A DNA stretch of 64,000 nt from Isurus oxyrinchus (GCA_026770705.1 JANJGN010000016.1:86986001-87050000); one strand, 5' to 3'. Numbered from the stretch's first letter, positions 22,235 through 36,335 are shown. Program-made: numbers and translations. The notes: a model not told the origin generated them from the sequence alone.

Positions 22235-25200
22235 GGAGGTGATGGTGTAGTAATAGTGTTGCTGGAGTCGTAATCCAGAGACCGAGGGTAATGTTCTGGG
22301 GACCCAGGGTAATGTTCTGGGGACCCAGGGTAATGTTCTGGGGACCCAGGGTAATGTTCTGGGGACCCAGGGTAATGTTCTGGGGACCCAGGGTAATGTT
22401 CTGGGGACCCAGGGTAATGTTCTGGGGACCCAGGTTTGAATCCTGCCAGATGGTGCAATTTGAATTCATTAAGAACCTGTAATTAAAACTCTTTTGATGA
22501 CCAGGAAACCATTGTCAATTGTTGTAAAAACCCATCTGGTTCACTAATGTCCTTCATGGAAGGAAATCTGCTGGTCTGGCCTACATGTGAGTCCAGACCT
22601 ACAGCAATGTGGTGCACTCTGAAATGGCCCAGCAATCCACTCAGTTGTAATGACCCCCTTCAAGCCACAAAAACGGGATGAAACTGGACGGACTGTTCAG
22701 CATCAGCCTGGGCACCGGAAACGACAATGGCAATCTCAACCCTGCTAAGTCCTCCTCGTTAACATCTGGGGGCTAGTGCCAAAAGTGGGAGAGACATCTC
22801 ACAGATTAGTCAAGCACATAGTCATCCTCACAGAATCATACCTTACATAAAATGTCCCAGACTCCACCGTCACCATCCCTGGGAAATCCTGTCCCACCAG
22901 CAGGACAGGCCCAGCAGAGGTGGTGACACAGTGGTATACAGTCAGGAGGGAATTGCCCTGGGAGTCCTCAACATTGACTCCAGACTCCATGAAGTCTCAT
23001 GGCATCAGGTCAAACAGGGGCAAGGAGACCTCCTGCTGATTACCACGTACCGCCCTCCCTCAGCTGATGAATCAGTGCTCCTCCATGTTGAACACCACTT
23101 GGAGGAAGCACTAAGGGTGGCAAGGGCACAGAATGTACTCTGGGTGGGGGACTTCAATGTCCATCACCGAGAGTGGCTCGGTAGCACCACTACTGACCGA
23201 GCTGGCTGAGTTCTAAAGGACATAGCTGCTAGACTGGGTCTGCAGCAGGTGATGAGGGAACCAACAAGAGGGAAAAACATATTTATCCTCACCAACCTGC
23301 CTGCTACAGATGCATCTGTCCATCACCTTATGGGAAGGAGTCACCACCGCACAGTCCTTGTGGAGGTGAAGTCCCGCCTTCATGTTGAGGATACCCTCCA
23401 TCATGATGTGTGGCGCTACCATTGTGCTAAATGGAATAGCTTGTGAACAGGCCTAGCAACTCAATGAGGATCCATGAGTCACTGTGGGCCATCAGCAGCA
23501 GCAGATTTGCACTCGAACACAATCTGTAACCTCATAGCCCAGCATACCCCCCACTCTACCATTATCATCAAGCCAGGGGATCAACCCTGGTTCCATGAAG
23601 AGTGCAGGAGGACATGCCAGGAGCAGCACCAGGCATACCTAAAACTGAGATGCCAACCTGGTGAAGCTATAACAAAGGACTACTTGCAAGCCAAACAGCA
23701 TAAGCAGCAAGTGATAGACAGAGCTAAGCGATCCCACAACCAACAGATCAGATCTAAGCTCTGCAGTCCTGCCACATCCAGTTGTGAATGGTGGTGGACA
23801 ATTAAACAACTCACTGGAGGAGGAGGCTCCACAAATATCCTCATCCTCAATGATGGGGGAGCCCAGCACATCAGTGCAAAAGATAAGGCTGAAGTATTCA
23901 CATTAATCTTCAGCCAGAAGGGCCGAGTGGATGATCCAATTCGGCCTCCTCTGGAGGTCCCGAGCATCACAGATGCCAGTCTTCAGCCAATTCGATTCAC
24001 TCCACGTGATATCAAGAAGCGGCTGAAGGCACTGGATACTGCACAGGCTATGGGCCCTGATAATATTCCGGCAATAGTACTGAAGACTTGTGTTCCAGAA
24101 CTTGCTGTGCACCTAGCCAAGCTGTTCTAGTACAGCTACAACACTGGCATCTACCCGGCTATGTGGAAAATTGCCCAGGTATGTCCTGTACACAAAAAGC
24201 AGGACAAATTCAACCCGGCCAATTACCGCCCCATCAGTCTACTCTCCATCATCAGTAAAGCAATGGAAGGGGTCATCAACAGTGCTATCAAGCAGCACTT
24301 GCTCAACAATAACCTGCTCACAGATAACCAGTTTGGGTTCCACCAAGGCCACTCAGCTCCTGACCTTAATGCAGCCTTGGTTCAAACATGGACAAAAGAG
24401 CTGAACTCCCGAGATGAGTTGAGAGTGACTGCCTTGACAGCATTTGACTGAGCATGGCATCAAGGAGCCCTAGCAAAACTGGAGTCAATGAGAATCAGGG
24501 GGAAAGTTCTTTGCTGGTTGGAGTCATACCTAGCAGAAAGGAAGATGGTTGTGGTTGTTGGAGGTCAGTCATCTCAGCTCCAGGACATCACTGCAGGAGT
24601 TCCTCAGGATAGTGTCCTCGGCCCAACCATCTACAGCTGCTTCATCAATGACCTTCCTTCCATCATAAGGTCAGAAGTGGGGATGTTCGCTCATGATTGC
24701 ACAATGTTCAGCACCATTCGCAACTCCTCAGATACTGAAGCATTCCATGTCCATATGCAGCAAGACATGGACAATATCCAGGCTTGGGCTGACAAGTGAC
24801 AAGTAACATTCGTGCCACAAAAGTGCTGGCAATGACTATCTCCAACAAGAGAAAATCTAACCATTGCCCCTTGATGTTTAATGGCATTATCATCACTGAA
24901 TCCCCCACTATCAACATCCTGGGGGTTACCATTAACCAGAAACTGAACTGGACTAGCCATACAAATATCCTGGCTACAATAGCAGGTCGGGGGATAGGAA
25001 TTGTGCGATGAGTAACCCACCTCCTGACTCCCCAAAGCCTGTCCACCATCTACAAGACACAAGTCAGGAGTGTGGTGGAATACTTTCCACTTGCCTGGAT
25101 GAGTGCATCTCCCACAACACTCAAGAAGATCAAAACCAGGATAAAGCAGCCAGCTTGATTGGCACCCCTTCCACAAACATTCACTCCCTCCACCACCGAT

Positions 25201-25585
25201 GTACAATAGCAGCAGTGTGTACCATCTACAAGATGCACTGCAGGAATTCACCTCAGCTCCTTAGACAGAACCTGCCAAACCAACGGTCCCTACCATCTAG
25301 AAGGACAAGGGGAGCAGATAGATGGGAACACCACCACCTGGAAGTTCTCCTACAAGCCACACATAATGTCCTGACTTGGAAATATATCACCATTCCTTCA
25401 CTGCCGCTTGGTCGAAATCCTGGAACTCCCTCCCTAACAGCACTGTGGGTGTACCTATACCACATGAACTACAGCAGTTCAAGAAGATAGCTCACCACCA
25501 TCTTCTCAAGTGCAACTAGGGATGGGCAATAAATGCTGGCTCAGCCAGCGAAGCCCACATCCCATGAATGAATAATAAAAAATAA
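22235..25585 (+). mobile_element. Near full-length decayed CR1-group LINE (APE endonuclease plus RT) with a tRNA-SINE-like 5' head
   Basis: APE: YRPPS...VLWVGDFNVHH; RT: NYRPISLLSIISKAME, GVPQDSVLGPTIYSCFINDL...GMFAHDC; A-rich 3' tail at about 25570; multiple stops; absent from the other arm. Confidence 0.85.
22282..22432 (+). repeat. 21-bp tandem repeat (about 7 units)
   Basis: CCCAGGGTAATGTTCTGGGGA repeated. Confidence 0.95.
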
Positions 25586-26839
25586 ATATTGGAACACTTT
25601 GAGTCCTGGTGCAGCAGTTAAATGCTTCCGTCTCTCTCTCACTCAGTCTCACAGACTCGACAACATTGTCCGTCTCTACACTACATCAGACCCTTGACCA
25701 CAGAAACCCTTATCCCTGTTTGTCTTGCCTCCTGACTCCATTATTCCAATATCCTCTCCAAGCTCCATAAACCCCAAATGATCCGAAATGCAGTGTTCCA
25801 AACCCTGTCCTACACAAAGTGTTGTTCCTACACTACCCCTGACCTCACTGACCTGTTACTCCTGACCTCACTGACCTCCAATTCCCTCCATGGCATCACT
25901 CTTCCTTACCTCTGCATCCTGCTGCAGACTCACATTCCCTCCCTCACCCATCCACCTTCTGACTCTGCTCTCCTGCCCATCGCTGCTTCTTTCATCCCAA
26001 CATTGACAGCAGAGCCTTCAGATGCCTAGGCCCAGCTCCCTGAACTCCTGTTCTCTGGGTATCTCCCTCCTGAAAACTCTATCCTTTCACTCAAATATTC
26101 AATTGCTTTCCTTAAGTTCCTCCACCCCCTCCCCCATTCCTATTATTGCTGCTCTGTGAAACATCTTGGGATGTTTGAATGTTAAGGCACTATATAAATT
26201 CAAGCTATATGTTTTTCAGGTGGGGACAGAATTAGATACAGTGGTGATGGCTCCTGCAGTCAAATATCCTGCTGACAGGGTCCAGGCTTCCACACAGTGA
26301 ATGGGGAAGTGATTGAGGCAGGAATGTGCTGACAGGGTCCATGGAAATGTTTCCCAGCCTGAAATGTCCCTCAGGAGTGGAGAGGTAATGTTTGGAGATC
26401 TGAGCTCCATTTCCCACCCCGGGCATTTTGTCTTCCAATGAATGAATGAGATGCCAATTTCGAGCCCAGGTTCGGGACAGTCTCGAAAGATTTGCTGGGT
26501 TATGGGGACAGAGAGTGGGAGTGGGACTCACTGGGTAACTCACAGGCAGGATGGGCTGAATGGCCTCCTTCTGTGCTGTAAGATCTAGGTAGTGGACACG
26601 GTTCACAGTTTTCTCCCGTGTCAGTAACAAACATCCAGCTGCTCTGAGCTCCTTCTTTCACTTCCTCTCTTGGTTACGTTTCAATCTTGCGATCGGACAA
26701 TCTTTGCAGTTATTTTTTACACTGGGGGTTTCTGCTGTGGTCTGAATCTGTAATAATAACTGTCCGATCAGTGAAAAGCACAGCAGCTAAGAGCAGTCAG
26801 GACTGAGGAGGCAGGCTCACTGGGAAACACATTGGGAAG

Positions 26840-27990
26840 ATCAAAGCCATCGTCTTCAGCTCCCGATACAAACTCCATCCCTCTCCCTGAGCACTGTCTG
26901 CTGCTGAACCAGACTCCTTACAACCTTGGCCTCATCTTTCTGCTCCTCCACAGCTGCCAGCATCTCACCATTTACAAATTACTCTGATCCATCTTTCTTT
27001 GGTCCAAAGTGGATGATTTCACACTCCCCACGTTGAGCTCCATCTGCCATTGTCTTCAGTCCCCATCACAAACTCTGTTCCCTCATCACCGATTCCATCC
27101 CTCTCCCTGGGTCTGTCTGACACTGAACCACACAGTTCACAGCCATGGTGTCCAGTTTGACCCTGAGATGAGCTTCTGACCACATCATCCGCTCCATCAC
27201 TAAGAGAGCCTATTTCCACCTCGGTAACATCGCCCGAGTCTGGCCTGCCTCAGACCATCTGCTGCTGAGAATCTCCTCCATGTCTTTGTTCCCTGAAACG
27301 TGACGATTCCAATGCTGCCCTGGCCGGAGTCACACCTTCCACACTCCGTAAACATGAGCTCATCCCAAACTCTGCTGCCCGGATCTGAACTCACACCAAG
27401 TCCCGTTCACCCATCACCCCCTTGTGCTCACTGACCTCCCAGCCCAGCAATGTCTCGATTTTAAAATTCTCATCCTTGTTCTCAAATCCCTCTCGGTCCT
27501 CGACACTCCCCATCTCTGTAACCTCCTCCAAGCCGCCTAACTTAGTGTCATCAGCAATCTTGGATATATGGCTCTCTATTTCTTCATCCAAATCATTGAT
27601 AAATATTGTGGAAAGCTGAGTCTCCAGCACAGATCCCTGGGGACATCACTATTCACATCTTGCTCATTGGAGCACATACACATTATCCCTTCTCTCTGTC
27701 TCCTGCCTCCTAACCAGTTCCTTATCCATGGCAACAGGTTTCCTCAAATTCCATCTGCTTCCATTTTTATTCACAGTCTCTCATGTTGAATTTTCTCGAA
27801 TGTCTTCTGGAAATCCATATCAATCACTTCCATATACATTCCCGAATCTACCACATTAGTGACCTCCTTAAAAAACGTAACCAGGTTAGTTAAAGATGTC
27901 TGACCCTTTTTAAATCCATGCTGACTCTCTCTGATCAGTTCATATTTATCACTCATTCTGTCTCTAATAACAGGTTCCAGTCACTTCCCC
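26840..27990. mobile_element. Nested L2 (+) and CR1 (-) fragments, duplicated at about 54550-55690
   Basis: FDPEMSF.PH/AYFHLGNIAR-type L2 remnant; ELIRESQHGFKKGQTSLTNL and [26 protein letters not shown]1 RT remnants. Confidence 0.75.
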
Positions 27991-28630
27991 ATTACAGACA
28001 TTAAACTGAGAGGTTAGTTCTGAATGATCCGAGTGCACAGCTAGCACAGACACAAGGGGCTGAATGGCCTCCTCCTGTGCTATAGGCTTATCAGGCTCCT
28101 TGACTGAAACATATGGATGGGAACAGGAGGTGGGCTGGAGCTTAAACAATGAGTTAAATGTAGACAGAGTGTCATTAGTGGGTAATGTACAGTGTACATT
28201 GTGTCCATGAGCCTCTCGAAAAGATGTCTTTCTCTTTTTCCCTTTTCAGCTCCAGGCCTCTCATTAAGGAGCTGAAAGAATATTTAGTGAAGAAGTTTGC
28301 GGAGTGTGCGGGCTGTGTGAAGGATTTCGGCAGTGACTGATGATTGCAGCTCCTTGTTCAGTCTGCTCCTCCCTCACCACTGAACAAGACATGTAACCTC
28401 GTGTCACACTGAGTGAGATTACAATCAATATCATAGCGTCAGTCACAGAAAACAACAGCATCACAGTCTGAGACACTGGGACAGATATCACTGCGTCACG
28501 TCAAAGAACAGAGCCCTGATCCCCTCCCACCATGCTCAGAAACCATAGAGCATCGAAAATATACTGACAAACACCCCCTTATATTCAACACTCACACCCA
28601 GAGAACATCTACAGAGGGACAAGGCAGGAT

Positions 28631-28771
28631 NNNNNNNNNNNNNNNNNNNNNNNNNNNNNNNNNNNNNNNNNNNNNNNNNNNNNNNNNNNNNNNNNNNNNN
28701 NNNNNNNNNNNNNNNNNNNNNNNNNNNNNNNNNNNNNNNNNNNNNNNNNNNNNNNNNNNNNNNNNNNNNNN
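28631..28771. other. Assembly gap (N run)
   Basis: 141 N. Confidence 1.
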
Positions 28772-29079
28772 GAGATAGGGCAAGGGAGAGCGACAGAGAG
28801 TGTGAGAGAGAGATAGAGAGAAAGAGACAGAGTGAGGGAGAGACAGGGAGATGGAAAGAGAGACAGAGCGAGAGAGAGGGACAGTGAGGTGGATAGATAG
28901 GTATAGAGGGAGAGCGACAGAGAGTGTGAGAAAGAGAGAGATAAAGTGAGAGATAGTGAGAGAGAGGGATTGGTTAGTGTGAGTGAGAGAGAGAGAGAGG
29001 GAGAGAGAGAGTGAGAGAGAGGGATGTGTTTGTGTGAGTGAGAGAGACTCTGTGTCAGCTCCTGTACCTGTCAGAGTGA

Positions 29080-29335
29080 AGAAGTCTTATTATAATTCTA
29101 TCGGACATCGGTGAGACCACAGCTAGATTACTGTGTACAGATTCGGTCTCTTTACCTAAGGAAGGATATACCAGCCTTGGAAGAGATTCCCCAGAGTGAT
29201 TCCTGGGATGAGGGGATTGTCCGATGAGGAGAGATTGAGTAGACTGGGACATTATTCCCTGGAGTTTAGAAGAATGAGAGGAGATCCCATTGAAACATAT
29301 AAAATTCTTAAAGTGATTGACAGGGTAGAGAGTGA
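29080..29335 (+). mobile_element. CR1 3' RT fragment (inverted paralog at about 53515-53780)
   Basis: IPGMRGLSDEERLSRLGHYSLEFRRMRGDPIETYKILK. Confidence 0.8.
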
Positions 29336-29664
29336 GAGGGTGAGACCGGCAGCTTCCCTCACTGAGTCCCTTGTGTTTTACAGCAATCCAGCAGGATTTA
29401 TGGACAATTTCTGCAGCCAGAACACAAATGATCAGATTGATCCAATTCCATTTCACTATTTCCCATCCTGGGATTTGAATACATCCCCTCTGGGTTACTG
29501 GCTCAATCCCATTCCCTACAGGGAAGAAGTGGTGGTGTGGATTAAGAGAGGCTGAAAGGCAGGGAGCAAGGGGATTGCATTAACCGGGGATCCACAGAGC
29601 AACAGGTTAGTCTGCACCAAACTGCAGCACAGGTGGAGAGAATGGACAGTAACCTCGTTCCACC

Positions 29665-30070
29665 TGATCTCCATCCCTCCCTCTGAGTGTCCGACCTTCC
29701 TCTCAGATACACACCTCCCTGATCTCCATCCCTCCCTCTGATTGTCTGAGCTTCCTCTCAGATACACACCTCCCTGATCTCCATCCCTCCCTCTGAGTGT
29801 CACACCTTCCTCTCAGATACACACCTCCCTGATCTCCATCCCTCCCTGAGTGTCTGACCTTCCTCTCAGATACACACTTCATTGACCCCCATTTCTCTCT
29901 GTATCTGAATTCCATCCTTCTCTCTATCTGACCTCCATCCCTCTCTCTATCTGACCACTATCCCTCTCTCTACCTGACCTACATGTCTCTCTCTCTCTCT
30001 ACCTGACTACCATCCCTTTCTCTATTTGACCTCCACCCCTCCCTCTATCTGACCTCCATCCCTCTCTCTG
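29665..30070. repeat. Short arrays of 55-bp and about 23-bp repeats (expanded paralogs at 50190-53180)
   Basis: Reverse complements of the GATCAGGGAGGTGTGTATCTGAGAGG... and GAGAGAGGGATGGAGGTCAGATA units. Confidence 0.85.
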
Positions 30071-30597
30071 TTTTAGCTGCTGACGCTCAGATCTGACTCA
30101 ATTACTGTTAATCCCATTACGAACAGTGTCGGCCTATTTGGAAGGTCAGTTTGATGGAGTCAGTTTGATGAAGTCAGTTTGAGCCATTACTCCAAGGACA
30201 TCACAGATGGTTTGTACATAGGGTAACCCACGAAACAGAGAATTGTGTCAGTAAACACAGAGAGAATGAAAGATACAATTAAAACTTTATTAATATGGTT
30301 ATCAGAGCTGTGGCACTACATAGTTAAAACGTTAGTGAAGATATAACCTGCCGAGTAATATATAGAGAAGCCTGAGTGATAAGTAATAGATACCATATCA
30401 TATTACATTACACCTTAAAATAATACATTATATTACAAATATACATTGTCTAGAGACAGAAATATATGCAGACAAGATTATTGTGCCAATGTATAAAGTT
30501 CTATGAAAAGCTACAATAAAAACTTTATTAATATGATGTTCTGCAAAATGACATTATTATCATTTAACAATGGCTCCTTACATTTGAAGTTACAATT

Positions 30598-32297
30598 AAC
30601 AATCCAGTCTGTGTACTCAGGTACATCACACTTCACAACCCAGTCTGTGTACTCAGGTACATCACACTTCACAATCCAGTCTGTGTATTCAGGTACATCA
30701 CACTTCACAACCCAGTCTGTGTACTCAGGTACATCACACTTCACAACCCAGTCTGTGTACTCAGGTACATCACACTTCACAATCCAGTCTGTGTACTCAG
30801 GTACATCACACTTCACAATCCAGTCTGTGTATTCAGGTACATCACACTTCACAACCCAGTCTGTGTACTCAGGTACATCACACTGCACAATCCAGTCTGT
30901 GTACTCAGGTACATCACACTTCACAATCCAGTCTGTGTACTCTGGTAAATCACACTTCACAATCCAGTCTGTGTACTCTGGTAAATCACACTTCACAATC
31001 CAGTCTGTGTACTCAGGTACATCATATTTCACAATCCAGTCTGAGTACTCAGGTACATCACACTTCACAATCCAGTCTGTGTGCTCAGGTACATCACACT
31101 TCACAATCCAGTCTGAGTACTCAGGTACATCATATTTCACAATCCAGTCTGAGTACTCAGGTACATCACAATTCACAATCCAGTCTGTGTACTCAGGTAC
31201 ATCACATTTCACAATCCAGTCTGTGTACTCAGGCACATCACAATTCACAATCCAGTCTGAGTACTCAGGTACATCACATTTCACAATCCAGTCTGTGTAC
31301 TCAGGTACATCACACTTCACAATCCAGTCTGTGTACTCAGGTACATCACACTTCACAATCCAGTCTGAGTACTCAGGTACATCATATTTCACAATCCAGT
31401 CTGAGTAGTCAAATACATCAGACTTCACATTCCAGTCTGAGTACTCAGGTACATCACACTTCACAATCCAGTCTGAGAACTCAGGTACATCACACATCAC
31501 AATCCTGTCTGAGTACTCAGGTACATCATATTTCACAATCCAGTCTGTGTACTCAGGTGCATCACACTTCACAATCCTGTCTGTGTACTCAGGCACATCA
31601 CACTTCACAATCCAGTCTGAGTACTCAGGTACATCACACTTCACAATCCAGTCTGTGTACTCAGGTACATCACACTTCACAATCCAGTCTGTGTACTCAG
31701 GTACATCACATTTCACAATCCAGTCTTTGTAATCAGGTACATCACACTTCACAATCCAGTCTGTGTACTCAGGTACATCATATTTCACAATCCAGTCTGT
31801 GTACTCAGGTACATCATATTTCACAATCCAGTCTGTGTACTCAGGTACATCACACTTCACAATCCAGTCTGAGTACTCAGGTACATCATATTTCACAATC
31901 CAGTCTGTGTACTCAGGTGCATCACACTTCACAATCCTGTCTGTGTACTCAGGCACATCACACTTCACAATCCAGTCTGAGTACTCAGGTACATCACACT
32001 TCACAATCCAGTCTGTGTACTCAGGTACATCACACTTCACAATCCAGTCTGTGTACTCAGGTACATCACATTTCACAATCCAGTCTTTGTAATCAGGTAC
32101 ATCACACTTCACAATCCTGTCTGAGTACTCAGGTACATCATATTTCACAATCCAGTCTGTGTACTCAGTTACATCACACATCACAATCCAGTCTGTGTAC
32201 TCAGGTACATCACACTTCACAATCCAGTCTGTGTACTCAGGTACATCACACTTCACAATACAGTCTGTGTACTCAGGTACATCACACTTTACAATCT
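30598..32297 (+). repeat. 36-bp satellite array 2 (about 47 units)
   Basis: Same consensus and orientation as 1-8924. Confidence 0.98.
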
Positions 32298-32339
32298 GAG
32301 GCTGCAGATGGTGGCTGGTCCAGGGAGGCAGGTGATCTT

Positions 32340-33087
32340 TATTGTGCATATCACCCGGAACCGGGACAGCCAGGATACAAAGGCCATTGGATTCTACCAG
32401 ATCTCAGCTTTCCCATACGTGCCGGGTGCGATCGACTTCATGCATGTGGTGCTCAGATCTCCCTCATAACACGGGGTCAACTACTTCAACTGCAAGGGCT
32501 TCCACTCGCTGAATGTGCAGCTGCTGTGTGACCACCACAAACACATCCTGCGCACGGTTTCCAGGGAGTGTCCATGACTCCTACATCCTGAGTCGCTCAC
32601 AGATCCCTGACATCTTCCAGGGTCCACAGAGTCTGCAGGATTGGCTCCTCGGGGACAAGGGCCACCCACAGAGGCCGTGGCTGATGACACCCGTGCAGCG
32701 GCCTCAGACTGAAGCAGAGCGACGCTACAATGAGGCTCATGCTGCAACTCACAACCTGGTAGAGCAGACCATCTGAAGATGAGGTTCCAGTGCCTGGACC
32801 GGTCTGGTGGAGCCCTGCATTACAGCCCACAGAGGGTGTCACACATCATCGTCATCTGCTGCACCCTTTACAACCTGGCACTCCAACAGGGAGTGGAGAT
32901 GCCTGAGGAGGAGGTGGAGGAGCTGGAGGTCTCCTCCGATGAGGAGGATGTGGACGGGGATGAGGGTGAGGAGGTCCTTGAAGGTGAGAATGATGGGGAT
33001 GAGGCCCTCATACTGGCCAGACGAGGCAGGAACACTCAGGAGTCCCTCATAGCTGCTCGATTTGTGGAGGGTGATGACGACATGTAG
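32340..33087 (+). pseudogene. Harbinger transposase, C-terminal portion, disrupted
   Basis: CARFPGSVHDSYIL...WLLGDKGHPQRPWLMTP...YNEAHAATHNLVEQTI; RFQCLDRSGGALHYSPQRVSHIIVICCTLYNLA; acidic tail. Confidence 0.9.
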
Positions 33088-33537
33088 TGAGGAGACTCCA
33101 CAGATCCTCTTATCACATCTGTGAATGTCTGACTCCTGTCTGGCTGATGGCAGTGCACATACCCTCTGTGATAAGGGTCTTTTCATGGAGACACAGTGGA
33201 TGCCAATATTCCCGACCTTCCAGGAGAATGATGATGACATGCAGTGAGGAGGCTCCACAGATCCTCATATCACATCTGTGAATGTTTGACTCCAGTCTGG
33301 CTAAAGGCATTGCCAATAACCACTGTGAGAATTCTCCTGTTTGGAGACGCAGTGGAGGCCCCTATTAGTCGCTCGATCGCAGGAGGATGATGACAACATG
33401 CAGTGAGGAGACTCCATGGATTTTCACACAGCCCCTGTGAATGTCTGACTCCTGTCTGGCCGAGGGCAGCTTGCTTGCGCTCCGTGATCAGGGTCATCTC
33501 ATAGAGACGCAGCCATGAAACTTTAAATGTACCTGGT

Positions 33538-34722
33538 CATAGAGTCATAGAGTTATAGAGGTTTACAGCACAGAAAAAGGCCCTTTGGCCCATCGAGTAT
33601 GCGCCAGTCAAACAAGTACCTAACTATTCTAATCCCGTTTTCCAGCACTAGGCCCATAGCCTTGTCTGTCATGGCATCACAAGTGTACATTCAAATACTT
33701 CTTAAAAGTTATGAGAGTTTCTGCCTCTAACACCCTTTCAGGCAGTGAGTTCCACATTCCCACCACCCTCTGGGTGAAAAAATTCTTCCTCACATCCCCT
33801 CTAAACCTCCTGGCCCTTACCTTAAATCTATGGCCCCTGGTTATTGATCCCTCCACCAAGGGGAAAAGTTCCTTCCTGTCTACCCTGTCTATGCCCCTCA
33901 TAATGTTATACACATCAATCATGTCCCCCTCAATCTCCTCTGCTCCAGGGAAATTAACCCCAGTCTTTCCAATCTCTCCTCATAACTAAAACTCTCCAGC
34001 CCAGGCAACATCCTGGTAAATCTCCTCTGCACTCTCTCTAGTGCAATCACATCCTTCCTATAATGCGGATTCCAGAACTGCACGCAATACTCTAGCTGTG
34101 GCCTAACCAGGGTTTTATACAGTTCCAGCATAACCTCCCTGCTCTTATATTCTATGTCTCGGCTAATAAAGGCAAGTATCCCATATTCCTTCTTACCCAC
34201 GTTATCTACCTGTCCCGCTACTTTAATGGACCGATGGACATGCGCACCCAGGTCCCTCTGATCCCTGGTACTTCCCAGGGTCCTACCCTTCATCGTGTAT
34301 TCCTGTGCCTTGTTTGTCCTGCCCAAGTGCATCACCTCACACTTATCAGGATTAAATTCCATTTGTCACTGACCAGCCCATCTGACCAGCCCGTCTATAT
34401 CCTCCTGGAATCTAAGGCTATCCTCCTCACTATTTACCACCCCACCAATTTTCATGTCATCTGCAAATTACTGATCAACATCCTACATTCAAGTCTAAAT
34501 CGTTTATATATATCACAAACAGCAAAGGACCCAACACCGATCCCTGTGGAAACCCACTGGCATCCAGTCACTAAAACACCCCTCGACCATCACCCTCTGC
34601 TTCCTGTCTCTCAGCCAATCCTCGATCCAAACTGCCAAACTGCCTTTGTTATCAGTCTCCCATGCGGGACCTTATCAAAAGCCTTGCTGAAATCCAGGTA
34701 GATTATTTCAAATGCATTGTCC
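33538..34722 (-). mobile_element. CR1 LINE fragment inserted in the Harbinger element
   Basis: IYLDFSKAFDKVPHGRL, MEFNPDKCEVMHLG and LVRPQLEYCVQFWNPHYRKD; (ACTCTATG)n tail. Confidence 0.9.
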
Positions 34723-34724
34723 AC

Positions 34725-36080
34725 CTTCAGTTGCCTCGCATCTCTCTCGCATTGACACTGTTGGAGGTCAACTATGGCGTCAGTGATGGAGTTGAGCCTG
34801 TGCAGCAGTGCAGGACCAATGTCCTGGACCAAGGTCTCCATGGCAGCCGCCATCCTACCAGTGTTGATCTCGGTGCGTTGCAATGCTGGCGCTATCACCT
34901 CAGCCTGAAGACGGATGGACTCCTCCACCTTGCCTTGCAATCTGAGGGGTGCAGCGGACATCCCTTCCTGATGTTCCCGAGTTTGCCTTTGCAGCTCCAG
35001 CAACTGTGACATGACCGAGTCCAGAGGCTCCTCATCTGACTCGGACTCAGCAGATTTCTGGCCTCCAGCTGCCCTCCGAGTGCCGGGGACCTGGGAAGTC
35101 CCTGTCTCCGCCTGCTGTGGATCAGACAGTGGGATGTGCTCCCCAGATTGTGATCCCGAGGATACTCAAAATCTATGTCCCACCGAAGCCTGTGTCTCTG
35201 CGCTGGTGGAGGGAGTGGGTGAGGCTGTGACAGGTCTTCAATGAAGGTGCCTTCAGATTCCTCTTCAGAGGTTTCTTCAGAGCTTGTTTGGAGGCCCTGA
35301 TTCATGGACTCTGTCGGCTGCTTTCCAGATGTGCCTGTGGAAGCGAGGAGAGATAATTAGTGTGTGGCAGTGGCCTGTGAAAGAGGACACATCACTCACA
35401 GCATGGCTGTCTGATGGATGTTTCACTGCTGGATCCTCACTTGTTAGAGCAGCGCCGACCTCACTGTCAGCACAGCAACAGTCCTGGTCATCACCGGCCA
35501 GCTGGATAGCTCTGTTTTCATGGTCCATGAGGACCTTGATTTCAGACATTCCTCCACCAGTCTGTGTCCTCTCCCTGTTGTTGTATCCCAGTTTGTCCTG
35601 CATGGATAGAGATAGAGAGAGTGTAAGCAGGATGCCTGCCAGGCCAGATGATAAGTGTGCCTGGTCTGTGTGGGTGGTGAGTGGTGCCATGGACAGGATG
35701 AGGACAATGATGGTGAGTGTGAGAGAGTGAATGGTGATGTCCCCTGAACTGGCAGTGAGGTTGGGCCCTGTGGGTGTGTGATGGGTTTGTGAGTGTGTGA
35801 GTTGAGAGTGATGAGAAGAGTGACTTACCCTGGCGGAACGGAAGAGATTATTCATCCTCTTTCGGCACTGGGTGGCTATTCTCTTTTGCAGGGCATTGGC
35901 ACTGACCACCGCTGCCACCAGCTCCCAAGCCAGATTGGTGATGTCACTGCCCCTCCTGTGGTCAGAGCGAGGATAGAGGACATCACGGCGAACCTCCATG
36001 GCATCCAAAAGGCACTCGAGGGAGGCCTCATTAAACCTGGGGGCTGCCATCTTCTTGCCTTTCGGGGCCATGTCTTCCAT
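34725..36080 (-). pseudogene. Harbinger accessory Myb/SANT-like DNA-binding gene, spliced and decayed
   Basis: Exon 36080-35829 MEDMAPKGKKMAAPRFNEASLECLLDAMEVRRDVLYP...AWELVAAVVSANALQKRIATQCRKRMNNL ending at GTAAGT; further exons at about 35597-35441 and from 35334; convergent with the transposase. Confidence 0.8.
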
Positions 36081-36335
36081 GCAGCAGCCCTGGGCTGGAA
36101 GCGTTGAGAGGTCTGCGCACGGCTGCTCTTTAATTATGGCGCCCGTAAGCAATGAGCCCTAATCTTGTGTCACAATCTCCCGTGTGGAATCTTATCCAGT
36201 GTCTCCGGAAAATCCAAATATACCGACTCGATGGTTCCTCCGTATCGACCCTGCCAGTTACACACTGAAAAATCTACAATCCTTCAGTCAGACATGATTC
36301 CCTTTCATAAATCCCTGTTGACCGAGTCTAATCAA

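Noticed and set aside
22240-22445. tRNA gene
   Set aside because: Only degenerate A/B-box-like motifs of a retroposon head, interrupted by a tandem repeat; no cloverleaf.
30511-32349. 612-aa ORF of IVKCDVPEYTDW repeats and similar ORFs in all satellite arrays
   Set aside because: The unit length is a multiple of 3 and the consensus lacks stops in several frames on both strands; paralogous arrays contain stops and different termini; no splice or promoter support.
32513-33087. Domesticated HARBI1 gene or a RAG-like transposase
   Set aside because: Stops, frameshifts and multiple decayed copies indicate ordinary Harbinger relics; no RAG1/Transib motifs seen.
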